From: the human T2T-CHM13v2.0 reference genome, Homo sapiens
Reading direction: 5' to 3' (one strand)
Assembly: GCF_009914755.1 (NCBI RefSeq)
Contig: NC_060934.1
Length of the DNA stretch: 64,000 nucleotides
Under the pieces are notes generated by a model. The model was not told the origin of the DNA and searched no databases. It worked only from the letters and a program-made list of their open reading frames with translations. Positions 15,621-28,098 of the stretch are shown here, in pieces (the stretch's first letter is position 1; the number at the start of each line of letters is the position of its first letter). The position numbers and the translations under genes are program-made.

Positions 15621-16399
15621 GAACTTGGATTCCGTTGCTTAAACTGGCTCCTTCACTTCCATGCTGAGGTCCTGGATCTGCAGCTCCAACCCCCTTTAAA
15701 TCCCTCAACACGGAGCCCATCGCTTCCAGCAGCAGCTCTCACACTGTGAGCGGGCATGCTCTGTCCCAGGCAACACTTGCACACCTTTCTTCACAGCCCA
15801 CAAGCCAGTCCTACTGTTTTCTCCCATGAAGCCAACACTTTCATTTTTCCAACACTCAGCCCACCCCTTACTTTTTCCCCTCTTTAATGGGAAATAATGC
15901 ATCTGGCGCTGGACATTCTGAGTGTGTCTGAATACACGTCTCATTGCAGACACGTGTGTACGCGGGCATTATGTAGCCAGCCCGGCCCTGTTAGGGAGTT
16001 CTGCTGCAGACCCCTGACTCGGCTGGCTGTGCACTGCGTGGAGCCCCACGTGCGTGGGCCTGGACGTTCACATGGAGCTCCTGCCGTGGTGGTGAAATAT
16101 TGTGGACTGCTTGGCTGACTACACGGGTCAGTTGCTGCAAAAAGCCAGTCTGCAGGTGGGGCAGTCCAGGACCGTTTCCGTGACAAAAGGAGAAAAACAA
16201 TGACCTTGAAGTAAAATTTGTATAAAGCTACATTTTTTTCAATATTTAAAAAATTCTTAAAAAGTATTCTTACTATTCATTTTTTGCTATTAATATACAA
16301 GGGGGTAGTTGTTGCCGGCTTCATGCTGTGCCTGGCACTCTTTTTTGAAATTACTCTGGACTGAAATCCCTGAATCTGGGACCCAGGTTCTAGGAATGC

Positions 16400-16732
16400 A
16401 AACACACACACATGCGTGTGCGTGCACACACACGTACATATACACAGAGACACACATGACACACACAGACACACATACACATGCAATGCACACACATGCA
16501 CACATGATGCACAAACACACAGACACAGCCACACATGCACGACACACAGACACATGCATACAGACACACACGGATGCACACAGGACACACACACACATGC
16601 ACACACAGACACACACAACATAGACATGCACACATACAGACACACTGATACACGCAAAACACACATGAACACAAACACACAGGCACCGACACACACACAG
16701 AGACACACATGCACACACAGAAACACACACAC
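16400..16732. repeat. Degenerate (CA)n-rich tract
   Basis: CACACACATGCACACACAGA-type sequence. Confidence 0.93.
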
Positions 16733-17103
16733 CAATGACAAATCAGCCTCACTGTGTGCCTCGCATTGCCCCATTTAACCCGCATCCTGCGTTGTTGGAA
16801 AGTGTGTATGTGATGACGACGCTGAGGAAGATGACAGCACAGAGGGAAGATGGCACCTGCAAGGGATCGGAGGGTTTTTGTTTTTTTTTTTTTTGCAACA
16901 AATAACTCAGATGCCAGTTTTCCTTTCCAGGGAAGTTTTATGGTTGAGTTAGCTGTCTTAGGGAGGCGAAATGATTTCTCTAAGGTGTCGTCTGACTCAC
17001 ATCCACACACATCTTCCCTCGGAAAACACTCGTTCTGCCTGAATTGAAACCAGTGTGTCTAGCCCTGAGCCAGTTAGCCTCACCATGCCCCAGCCAGGCG
17101 CGT

Positions 17104-17297
17104 CAGCCGCCTCCCCACACCTGTGGTTATGCCACTCCCATCCCCACCATGGCAGCCACCTCCCCATGCCCGTGGTTCTGCCACTTCCGTCCCCACCGTG
17201 GCAGCCGCCTCCCCATGCCCGTGGTTCTGCCACTCCCGTCCCCACCATGGCAGCCGCCTCCCCATGCCCGTGGTTCTGCCACTCCCGTCCCCACCGT
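17104..17297. repeat. 49-bp GC-rich minisatellite, about 4 copies
   Basis: CAGCCGCCTCCCCATGCCCGTGGTTCTGCCACTCCCGTCCCCACCATGG-type unit at 17104, 17153, 17202 and 17251. Confidence 0.93.
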
Positions 17298-18221
17298 CTG
17301 CACTCCAGACATCTTCTTGAATTAGGAGGACTCCAAGCCAGAAGCTCCATCGTGTTCTATTTCTGTGTGAGTGAGTGCATGACATCTCACAAAAAAGTAA
17401 TAAATAATCTTTCAATGTATCCTTTTCCTTGACTTTTTCCATTCTTGGTATCAAAATCAGAGCACACTTTAATAATCATCTAATCGTTTCTGGTTGTTTC
17501 TCTTAAAATCTGATCATCTATGATCTGATTATTATTTTATCTGATAATCTATTATCAGATTTTAAGAGAAACAGTGCATGTGACTGTGTCTTTGGGAAGA
17601 TGATGTGCATGTCACCTATTGGACTTTTTACTGTCTGTCATGACGGTCCTTTGGAATGGTTTTCAGGTAGAAATGAATAATATTATGGTATTGGTCAGGA
17701 AGAAATTTAACGACAACTGAATTTGTTTATAAAAGTTTGAATTTTGTCGTGCGGCTCATTTCAACTTCTCCTCCTGCAACCCTTCTGAAATAGAGAAATT
17801 CTGCCCATAATATTTATTATTTATGGGGGGGAAATGCTGGAATGCCTAATGGAAGCTTCCAGATGATAAAAGTCCCAGGTCTAGCAGGAAGCCCACAGGC
17901 TGTTCAATTCCCCCACTACGGTATTTGCATATTTGAGGCTCATGTTCCCAAGCACCAGACACCAGCAAAACTCTGCAGCGCTTTTCTGTTAGTTTCAGCG
18001 ACAGCCTGTCTAGGCATGCCCTTCTAGAAAGAAAACTGTAGTAATGCTAAGAACGGTAGCTCTATTTACTGAGGACCATGTGGGCTCCAGGCGTCCTGCC
18101 GACCCACTGTGCAGGGTCTCATGTGGCTGTCCACACAGCCCTGGGAGATGGAGATTCCTACTCTGTTCATCTCGTAAAAGAGGAAAATTAAATGTAGGGG
18201 AGAAACTTGCTATAAGTACCC

Positions 18222-18601
18222 GCTGTGGACTGGCTGTGGGGTCCCCCAAATTCCTATGTTGGTACCCCAACCCCAAAGGGATGGCATTAGGAGGTGGAGT
18301 CTTTGGGAGGTGATTGGGTCATGGGGGTGGGGCCCGGTGATGGGATCAGTGCCCTTCTAAGGAAAAACGTGAGGGCCCTGGTTTCGTCCCTCTCCGATCC
18401 CTGCCGTGTGAGGACGCAGTGAGCAGGTGGCTGGCTGCAGGTCGGAGGCCAGGATGTCAGGAGGCAGGTCTTCCCCACAATCCGGATCTGCTGCCTGGAC
18501 AGTGGGCTCCCAGCCTGTGGCACTCAGGGACCAACGTCCACTGCCTAAGCCACCCAGCCTGTGCCCCGCTGCTATGGCTGCCCAAGACGGTGGCCGAGAC
18601 A
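18222..18601 (+). mobile_element. MaLR solo LTR (MLT1A/MSTD-like), diverged and GC-rich
   Basis: CCCCCAAATTCCTATGTTG; ATTAGGAGGTGGAGTCTTTGGGAGGTGATTGGGTCATG; TAAGCCACCCAGCCTGTG. Confidence 0.75.
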
Positions 18602-19995
18602 GAAGCACTTCTGAGTCCTAGGGTGTTACTCACTGATTCTTCCAGTGGCTGTCGAGTGACTTCCCTATAGGAGGGCAGAGCTGTGATCAATAAATACGGA
18701 AGCCAGGAAGACAGGAGTTGACGCTGCTACAGAGGAAGGAAACAGAGTGGGCTCAGATGTGCTGGCTGTAGAAGAGGAGCTCGTTTTATGTGAGGGAACC
18801 TCAGGAGGCCCTGGAGTCAGGAGGGAGCAAGACCAGACCCACTGGAGAGGCTGGCATGAGCCTTGGCACCGGACAGGAAGGCTGCACCTGCCCCCTTCAC
18901 CAGGCTGCATCCGGAGCTCCCTGCTATCCACACACCCCAGCTTCTGCTCACACTGCCCTTCAAGGCCCCTCGTGAGCACACATGGCAGTCCCTTCTGAGT
19001 GCTTCCTTTACTACGTGAATCTGACGACTGCCTAGAGGGAAACGTGAGCTCTGTCTGGAGATGTTTACCCTCGACCAGGTGGCAGCTTTGAATGGCAGGG
19101 ACTGGAATCTACCAGTGTAGCTCCTGTGTGGGCACCGGCTCAGGACGAGAGACAGGCCGAGTTCCAATGTCTTCCAGGACTCGGTGGAGGGGCAGGGTGC
19201 TGTCTGAAGGGGTTTCCCCCGCTTGTTGTGAGTCCTAAGTGCCAGATAGCGGGTGTACAGTGACTTCATTAGGCATACGCAGCTTTCCTGGCACGTACAC
19301 GGGGAGAACTGGAGGAGAAGAGCTGGGAGCAGCCAGCCCTCCCAGTCCTGGATTTGACCATGGTGCCCTTCTTGCCGTCTTCTCCAGGGTGGGACAGGCA
19401 GCGATGGCTCTTCCACTGGCCTCTGGGTCCTTCAGAACTAGTAACGTGGTCAGGGCTGTTCTTTAATTTTAGGGATGTCTGGTCCAAGGTTCCACAATTG
19501 ACGACTGTGTGACCTTGGGGAAACCTCACCTTTCTAAATCTCACAAGGGAGATCACACAATTCCCGAGTGGTGCGTTCATCAGGAAGGTCAAGTGAGGTC
19601 GCGCGTGAACGTGAATTATCCAGCAGCACACGGCCAGCGAGACCTTGACACTGGTGTTGGCGTTGGATGAATAGGATGCGTTTGAGGGCCCCTTGGTGGT
19701 TGAGAGCCCTCACTGTCACCGACCTCCATCCATCCCCAGGACAGGCATCTTGCAGAACCTCAATGGACGTCAGTGCTGTCCCCGCAGCTGGTGAAGACAC
19801 ACGCTATGGTCAGAGGCTGCGTCTGGACCTCGGCTTGGCCAAGCTATGTGTGAGCATGAAGCTTGTTTCCTTCTCTCAAACATGGGGAGAACCCAGTAAA
19901 CCTGCCTGGCAGAGTCGTTGGGAGACTCCCAGGAGGCCCTTGGAGTCACTTGCCTACATTATTGTTTTCACGCTGGCTTCTAAAGAAGTCGTGTT

Positions 19996-20297
19996 AGCTG
20001 GGCACAGTGGCTCACGCCTGTAATCCCAGCACTTCGGGAGACCAAGGCCGGCTGATTGTCTGAGGTCAGGAGTTCGAGACCAGCCCAGCCAACATGGTGA
20101 AACCCGTCTCCACAGAAAGTACAAAAATTAGCCGGATGTGGTGGTGGGCACCTGTATTTCCAGCTACTCAGGAGGCTGAGGTGGGAGAATCGCTTGAATC
20201 CGGGAGGCGGAGGTTGCAGTGAGATAGCTGAGATCACACCACTACACTCCAGCCTGGGTGACAGAGCGAGACTCCATCTCAAAACAAATAAAGAAGG
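19996..20297 (+). mobile_element. AluS (Sx-like) with TSD
   Basis: Full Alu dimer; TSD AAAGAAGTCGTG(T/C)T at 19982-19995 and 20298-20311. Confidence 0.95.
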
Positions 20298-21475
20298 AAA
20301 GAAGTCGTGCTTATTCTGTCAGTCCCTAAGAAATCAACCTTGATTTTAGTAGACATTGGAAGGCTGCAGAGCTCCTGAAAGCCCAGCCGTGAACCCAGGC
20401 TCTGCGGAGGCCTTTCCTTCTCCTCTGGCTTCAGGTGAGAAGTCGTCTGGCCCAGCGGTCCCTGGGCCTCAGCATGAAGGCTGGGGAGCTAAGCGAGGAG
20501 TTTGGTGCCTTTCTTGAAGAGGAGTCTATGAATAGATCCTATTTTGTAGCATCCGGGAGGAGCCGGTCCATCTATAAAAACCTCGATAATCGTGCCTCGT
20601 TTCCTGCTTTCACTGCGTGCCATGCCCTCGGTGATTAGCGTGTTTTTCAGACTAACAGCAACAGTATGTTGAACTGAATGCCACCTCCTGGGTAAAATGA
20701 TCAATCTCTTTGACTTCTGCAGTAAACACGTTCCATCAGGGGGTCACTAATATGCTTTTATGACCTCACTGTCGGAGATGATACCATTACCAAGCTTGAT
20801 AAACCATTCTTCAGAGGCTTGCTTTTAATTTTATTTTTTATGCAATCATGGGGACTATAACCAATAAATTTAGCTCGATGCTTTCTCACTATTAACTAAT
20901 TCTGAAGAAGCCCTCGGGGGTTCGTCAGGCACAAATCCTTCAAAGAATTTGTACAGGATATTGGAAATGATATTCACCCGGGGACAGAGGTTTAAGCCCG
21001 AGCTGCTACTGTTTTCTTTGCCATTAGAGTTACAACTTGGCTAAATGTCATTTAGTCAAAATGCTGGATTCTGCAGGATTTGCAGATAGGCTTGACTATT
21101 TGTCTTTAATAAATTCATTGACTCACAGAAGAGGTATTAGATTATTTGTTTGAGAAAAGGATGTGTAAGTGGCACCAGACTGCTGATGTGCAGTTTCTCA
21201 TTAGGTCCGTGCAGGCTCAAAAGTGCTCAAATCCAAATTAAGCTCCAGAGCCTTTTTGGAAAACATTGTAACAGCTGCGAAATGGAAAGGGGAATTCAGA
21301 TGAGAGCCTGGCTAGGGATCTTATCTTAAAGGGGCATCAGCTAAAGCCATGTCTGTGGTACAAAACCATGGGCCTGGCTATTTTCTTCTTTCTTTATGTC
21401 AAGGAGGGAGCTTCTTAAAATTATGCGTTAATACTTGCATTGCTTCTGAGGTTCTGACGTCTTAAAATCCCATTT

Positions 21476-21616
21476 GCTTCCCTTTCTTTTTCTCTTTCTT
21501 TCTTTTCTTTCTTCTTTCTTTTTTCTCTTTCTTTCTTTTCTCTCTCTTCTCTCTCTCTCACTCTTTCTTTCTTTCTCTTTCTCTCTCTCTCTCTTTTCTT
21601 TCTTTCTCTCTTTCTC

Positions 21617-21676
<60 letters not shown>

Positions 21677-21706
21677 TTTCTTTCTTTCTTTTTCTTTCTT
21701 TCTTTC
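21476..21706. repeat. Compound (CTTT)n/(CT)n microsatellite derived from an Alu tail
   Basis: About 230-bp pure pyrimidine tract adjoining the Alu 3' end. Confidence 0.95.
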
Positions 21707-21985
21707 AACAAGATCTCGCTCTGTTGCCCAGGCTGGAGTGCAGTGGCACAATCTCGGCTCACTGCAGCCTTGAGCTCCTGGGCTTAAGTGATTCTCCTGT
21801 CTCAGCTTCATGAGTAGCTGGAATGACAGCTGCGTGCCATGATATTCAGCAAATTTTTTGACATTTCTTTAGAGTTGGGGTCTCACTATGTTGCCCAGGC
21901 TTGTCTCGAACTCCTGAGCTCAAGCAATCCTCCCTCCTCAGCATCCCAAAGTGTTGGGATGACAAGGGTGAGCCACTGTGCAGGC
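21707..21985 (-). mobile_element. AluJ element
   Basis: TCTCGCTCTGTTGCCCAGGCTGGAGTGCAGTGG...GAGCTCAAGCAATCCTCC. Confidence 0.9.
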
Positions 21986-22361
21986 ACCAGAAGTGATTTC
22001 TGGCTGTTGTTTTCAACCACTGAGGACACCCATTGCCGAATGATTATTTTCAAACCAAAGCTAAAATTTGAAAGGTGTCTTAAACTAACTGTGGGAATCA
22101 TTTCTTGGTTGAATTTCATATGCATACATCTATCTGGAGACCTTGGAGATGAAGGATAGAATCAATGACACCTTAGAGTCCTTTGTGATTCTATTGTAAT
22201 TATCGTAATTACTGTGAATCTCAGACTAATGACTCCCCCACCCCCTACAGTCCCTTCTTCACTGGAATCTAGCCCAAAGCCAGGCTAGAACACTGAAAGC
22301 TTTTGCCACAAAACCAGTAATCATCAAATACCATTATAGATGGAACTCTCAATTCCAAAGC

Positions 22362-22648
22362 TCTCTCTGTCTCTCTCTCTTTCTTTCTTGACGCTGTCAC
22401 CCAGGCTGGAGTGCACTGGAATGATCATGGCTCACTGCAGCCTCAACCTTCTGGCTCGAGTGATCCTACCACCTCAGCCTCCTGAGTAGCTGGGACTATA
22501 GGTGCATGCTACCATGTCCGGCTAATTTTTTAAATTATTTCGTAGAGATGGGGTTTTGCCACATGGGCCAGGCTGGTCTTGAACTCCTGGGCTCAAGCCT
22601 TGGCCTCCTAAAATGCTGGGATTACAGATGTGGCCACCGGGCCTGGCT
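22362..22648 (-). mobile_element. AluJ element with (CT)n tail
   Basis: Reverse Alu with GATCATGGCTCACTGCAGCCTC and a small internal deletion. Confidence 0.88.
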
Positions 22649-22799
22649 CCTGTTCTATTGCTTGTTTTGATCCATTTATTTTTGTGCTGCTGGGGTGGGT
22701 GGGCGTATCGGGTGGATGCACTTATAATATTGTTAAAGGCTAAGGTGAAGTGCTATGTTCAACGGATAGATTATGTATCAGAATGCCTTTTTTGTTAAA

Positions 22800-23095
22800 G
22801 CAATACATATTTATTGAACACCTACCCCATGGTGGGCTTTGATCTCATGCCTGGAATTCAACAGTAAACAGAAAAGGGGGACTCTCTTTCTTCAGGTAGC
22901 TCCTATTCCAGTGAGGGGAGACATGTGTGGGATGTGCCAAGGGGAGAGAAGTTACATGGAGAACAGAAAAGCAAAGTCAACGAGGTAGGGATTCCTGTGG
23001 AATGGGGGGTGGGGGCAGTGTCAACATTTGATGCTACATCTGTGAGCCCGGTCTGAAAGGAGTGAAGAATCAGCCGAGGAAGGATTGGCTGAGCA
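22800..23095 (-). mobile_element. L2 3' fragment
   Basis: CATATTTATTGAACACCTAC...ACAGTAAACAG...TCCTATTCCAGTGAGGGGAGACA matches the reverse L2 terminus. Confidence 0.65.
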
Positions 23096-23116
23096 CACAT
23101 ATGAGCCATTAATGCC

Positions 23117-23972
23117 ACTACACTGGATACCAAGACATGGAGCTGTCTACACTGGATACCAAGATCTTGATGGTGTCTACACTGGACACCAAGACGTCGA
23201 TACTGTCCACACTAGATACCAAGACTTTGATACTGTCTACACTGGATACCAAGACATGGATGCTGTCTACATTGCATACCAAGATGTTAATGCTGTCTAC
23301 ACTGGACACCAAGACGTCAATGCTGTCTACACTGGATACTAAGACATCGATGCTGTCTACATTAGATACCAAGACTTTGATACTGTCTACACTGGATACC
23401 AAGACATGGATGCTGTCTACACTGGATACCAAGAAGTTTATGCTGTCTATACTAGATACCAAGACTTTGATGCTGTCTACATTGGATACTAAGACATGGA
23501 TGCTGTCTACATTGGATACCAAGAGGTCAATGCTGTCTACACTGGATGTCAAGACATGGATGCTGTCTACACTGTATACCAAGATGTTGATGCTGTCTAC
23601 ACTGGACACCAAGATGTCAATGCTGTCTACACTGGACAACAAGACATCGATGCTGTCCACACTAGATACCAAGACTTTGATACTGTCTACACTGGATACC
23701 AACATATGGATGGTGTCTACACTGCATACCAAGGTGTTGATGCTGTCTACACTGGACACCAAGACGTTGATGCTTCTACACTGGATACTAAGATGTCAAT
23801 GCTGTCTACACTGGATACCAAGACATTGATGCTGCTATGCTGGATACCAAGATGCTGATACTGTCTACACTGGATACCAAGATGCTGATGCTGCTACACT
23901 GGATACCAATACATCAATTAAGTCTACACTGGATACCAAGACTTTGATGCTGTCTACACTGGATACCAAGAT
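23117..23972. repeat. 30-bp minisatellite, about 28 copies
   Basis: Unit TCTACACTGGATACCAAGACNNNGATGCTG, in register every 30 nt. Confidence 0.97.
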
Positions 23973-23974
23973 GG

Positions 23975-24152
23975 GTGTTTCACGTTGGCCATCTAATCCT
24001 CAAAGCAACAGAATGAGGTCAGTATCATCATATGCATTTCCTAGATGAGAAGGCTGAAGTCCAAAGAGTGGAAGCTATTTCCAAATAAATCCAAGTCTCA
24101 TGACATGGAGAAGAGCTGGGATGCAAATTCAAGAGCACATGATTCTGAAGCA
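23975..24152 (-). mobile_element. MIR fragment
   Basis: CATCTAATCCTCAAAGCAACAGAATGAGG...CATTTCCTAGATGAGAAGGCTGAAG. Confidence 0.7.
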
Positions 24153-24489
24153 AATTATTTCCCTCCAAGTTTCTGCTCTCATTGCCAGACAACACCTTCT
24201 CAGGGGTCATAGCTTCAGCCACAAGCAAGGTGTGTGGACATTGGAAGAGTTGTTTGTCCCCCAGGGATGTGGAGCAGGTGCTCTTACGTGTCCCAGTGAG
24301 ATGCAGGAGCTGTGTGCTGATCTTGTCATGCCAGGGACACATCTGGAGTCTGTGCTGGGCTCACCCCACGTCTGCCACCAGCCTTTCGCACAGCAGGAAA
24401 TCAACAACGACTTGGTAAAGACAATGGGCTCTGCCAAGCTGCTTACTTTAAAGTTCACCTGACACATTTACACTCAGGGAGAGTGACGA

Positions 24490-24722
24490 TGTCTGGAGAG
24501 CGAACGTGAAGAATGAAGACTACAGCTGATGACATTGCATACTGAAAATCTGCCAAGAGAGTAGATTCTAGTGCTCCTACCACATCCACACTGAATGGTA
24601 ACTTTGGAAGGTGATGGGCATGTTGATTTGTTTGACTGTAGTGTTCATTTCACTATTTGTATGTATATCAAAACATCGTGTTGTACACCTTAGATATATA
24701 CAATAACAGTAAATAAAAAAAT
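24490..24722 (+). mobile_element. L1MA/L1MB 3' end
   Basis: GAAAATCTGCCAAGAGAGTAGATT...ATATCAAAACATCGTGTTGTACACCTTAGATATATACAAT followed by an A-rich tail. Confidence 0.8.
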
Positions 24723-25447
24723 TACCAGAATGTTCACTAGTTCCAAGAAACCTATTTTAATCTTGAGCTGCCAGAAACCCATAGCCCATACATTAATGAC
24801 AAAGCGTAACTAGAAACGCTCCTTGAAGACCCTCAGTGACAAGGCTGGCTATGACGGGATGACCGCCACCATCAGGCCTGTTTCCTGAAGCCGGCAGCGC
24901 CCTGCAGCCGACTCTGGCAGGAGGGCACTCTGGAGTGTGTGGCTAGCGATGACGGCCGTCCTCCGTGGCTCAGGATCCTCTTCTTGCCTGTGTGGAGTTC
25001 ATGGCTCTGTTCTGGCTCTGGTGCTCCCACCATGGTTCTAGCCAGGAGTCTCTCATGATGGAGCGCGCTGGGAAGGGCTACTCTGGGGTGGAATTATCCA
25101 GACACACGGCAGTGCTGGGGTTCCAGGGCAGCCCTGAGGAGAGGGGCAGGGGTTCTGCAACCCCTCTGCCCAGGTGCATGCTCAGAAGCTCAGCGCCTGT
25201 GTGGAGGGACTCAGTGTCAGGAACAACCAGGGATTTGCTGGAGAAGGAGAAGCTCTGGGCCGGTAGAGTTGGATCACAGCTAATCATGCTGGCTTGAAGT
25301 GATAGCCGGTGAATGCTTGTCTATCACCTTTCTGGCGCCTCTTACTGTTCAACTCTCCATTTTCTGAGCTCTGTTTACCCTGTTCTATCTAAAACACTTA
25401 AATTTGTTCTAAATGAAGCTGTGTATAAACAAAATAACAAAAATACA

Positions 25448-25680
25448 GCCGGGGGCAATGGCTCATGCTTGTAATCCCAGCATTGTGGGATGCTGAGGCA
25501 GGAGGATCACTTGAGCTCAGGAGTTAGAGACCAGTCTGGGCAACATAGCGAGACCCTGTCTCTACTAAAAACAAACAAAAAATTAGCCAGGCAAATCGCT
25601 TGAGCCTGTGAGATCGAGGCAGCAGTGAGCTAGATAGCTCTCTGCACTCCAGAGTTGGGTGACAGTGTGAGACGCTGTCT

Positions 25681-25718
<38 letters not shown>

Positions 25719-25755
25719 TATATAAAATAACAAAAATACATAAATATATAAAAAT
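25448..25755 (+). mobile_element. AluJ with internal deletion and (TA)n tail
   Basis: GGAGGATCACTTGAGCTCAGGAGTT...GGGCAACATAGCGAGACCC; start of the right monomer is missing. Confidence 0.88.
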
Positions 25756-26094
25756 ATACTTGATATTGCTGATACAGAGGACTCCTGAATGTTCAGAAGG
25801 ACGGCTCTGACGCTTTGGGACAGTAGTCGGGGAATCAGTAAACCACACACTTCCACGGCCCTCAATTTCAGGGTAACAGCCGTCAGTTCTCCACTGCTTC
25901 TCAATTATTTGAACAATAAATGAATTTTGAATTTTAATGTTTCTCAGTGACCATGTGGTACTGAGTATGTTTTTTGATGCCCATTATCTGGGATGTATTT
26001 TCCTTCTACCTCCTCCCTCAGTGGGGCTCGTTTCTGGCTGCCCCCACACAGTCTGATAGAACTTGGTTCCCTCCAGATGTGTCCAGATCTGGGA

Positions 26095-26240
26095 TGTCCT
26101 GCACAGCGGCCCCTGGCCTCCTATGGCCTTGGAGTGCTTGAAATGTGGCTGCCGAGACAGAGGAACTGAATTTTAAGTTGTATTTAATTTTGATTGAATT
26201 AGAGTTGTCACCTGTGGCAGATGGCTACTGCACTGGACCG
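26095..26240 (+). mobile_element. MER3-like hAT-Charlie DNA transposon
   Basis: GAGTGCTTGAAATGTGGCT...GAGGAACTGAATTTTAAGTTGTATTTAATTTT...TGGCTACTGCACTGGAC. Confidence 0.75.
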
Positions 26241-27977
26241 CCACCCAAGAAGCTTAAAATCCCAGGACACTCAAATGTGGGTGGGTTTTGTGTTGTGAGA
26301 ACAAGAAATCCTTTATGAAGAGGTTTTTACACCTTGCCAAGTACATGGAAAATTATGCAATTTGGCCACGTTGCAGGATGGAGTGGAGCCCTCTGTGCTC
26401 ACGGCAAGACCAGCAGTGGAGCGTAGGGTTTGAGCACTCTGTGAATTCTCGTCATGACCACAGTAGAGAAAGGACACAGAAAAGGGGCGAAAGAGACAGT
26501 AAAATGGAAAGGCACACTGTGAACAGGCGTTTACACTGGAAGGCCTTTGTTTTATAGCTGAAAACGAAATCTACTGGCCAAGTTCAATTTAAATTTTAGC
26601 TGGAGGCTTTGCAGAAGACCTGTTGCAGCAGCGATAGTGCAACATCATTAACAAAAAAAGAACAAAATTGGAGAGGAAAACTATGGAATAGCCAGGAAGC
26701 AGACTGAATGTCAGCCTCAATGAGGCCAGAAGAAGCCTCAACGAGGCCACAGCAGCACAGAGCAGGGGCAGGCGGGCACACAGTGTGGCTCGTGCCTGGA
26801 TCCCCCGCTGGGAACCTGGTGCCCGTTGGCTGGTGCACTGGGCCCTGACCCCCTGAGCCGACAGAGTCCAGGTGAGCACAGCACGTCTGTTTCCAGGTGG
26901 GAAACCCTCTGCCTGGCTGCCGCCGTGACCCAGTAGATCTGAGATCACAACCATTACAGCTTTCTGGGTGATGAGGGGGACATTCACACTGCAGAAGAGT
27001 AAGGACATCCCAGCAAGGTCATCCTGCAGCCAAGACCCAGGTCAGTTCTGGAGAAGCTGAAGGCGTGGGAAAACCCGCCAGCCTTGGGAGGCTCCCCAGG
27101 CCCCAGAGTGACCCCGTTCTTGGAGCACTGGTCCTTTGTCCCCACAGTGAGAGGGTGGACCCCATCACCTTCCACAGCTGTGCTGACACCTGCCCACCCA
27201 CCCCTCAGCCAGAGTCACTTAGGTGGCCAAGGAAAAAGTAACTTCAGATCCCAAAGTGTTTCTTCCAGGCCCGGAAGGTGCAGGAAGCGGCCAGCCACTG
27301 ATTGCCCGGCTGGCACCTGCAGCAATGATGCTATTCTCACTCAGCCGATTTGTGAGCAGATTTTTCTGATTCTTTGATTCTTCTTTGTGAGATTTAAGGA
27401 AAGCCTATGTGACAGTGCCACTATCACCTCTCCAAATTCTTGCTGTCTCCTCATGTCAACATGGAGTGTGCAGTGCTAAGATGTCTTCCACGGCTGGGCT
27501 TTGCCTCCATATCTGTGGGCAGGAGATCTGAGCCAGTGCCAGATGTGGACAAAACTCAAGTCAGAGCCCAGAGGACGGCCCTACTGTCAATCAGACCAGG
27601 GGTGCCCTGACCACACCCTCTTCCCAGAGGACGACCCTGCTGTGATACAGACCGGGGTGCTCTGACCCTCTGGCAGGCTCAAGGCCGGCCTCATTGCGGG
27701 CTGACCTTCCTTCCTCGTGTCCTGCAGCTGCGTCCCTTACCCTTACCCCAAATAAACCACCTTCCCTCCATCCTGACCCGAGGCCCTCTCCTTTCCCAGG
27801 ACAATGGAGGCCGGCAGGTGAGCTCTGACAGGTGTGTTTAACAACCATGGGTGCAACAGAGGCGGCTTTCCCTGCTCCCTTTCCCGAGGTGCAGCTGGAT
27901 TCAGAGCTTCCCACCTGCTTGTGACCAGCGTGCATTCTCGACATACACGCTTCAGACCAAATGTCTGCTTGTTCACC

Positions 27978-28098
27978 TGTGCGGGCTTTGTGTGGGCTGC
28001 TCTGTGCTATGCGGGCTGCTCTGTGCAGGCTGCTCTGTGCTGTGTGGGCTGCTCTGCTCTGTGCGGGCTGCTGTGTGCTGTGCGGGCTGCTCTGTGCT
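27978..28098. repeat. Short GC-rich tandem repeat, unit about 19 bp
   Basis: GCGGGCTGCTCTGTGCTGT variants. Confidence 0.85.

Noticed and set aside
23118-23829. 214- and 230-aa repeat-protein ORFs
   Set aside because: A 30-bp unit keeps frames open on both strands; no promoter, splice or homology support.
27604-27619. 16-mer shared with the inverted-repeat arm (GCCCTGACCACACCCT)
   Set aside because: About one 16-mer match is expected by chance in a window this size.
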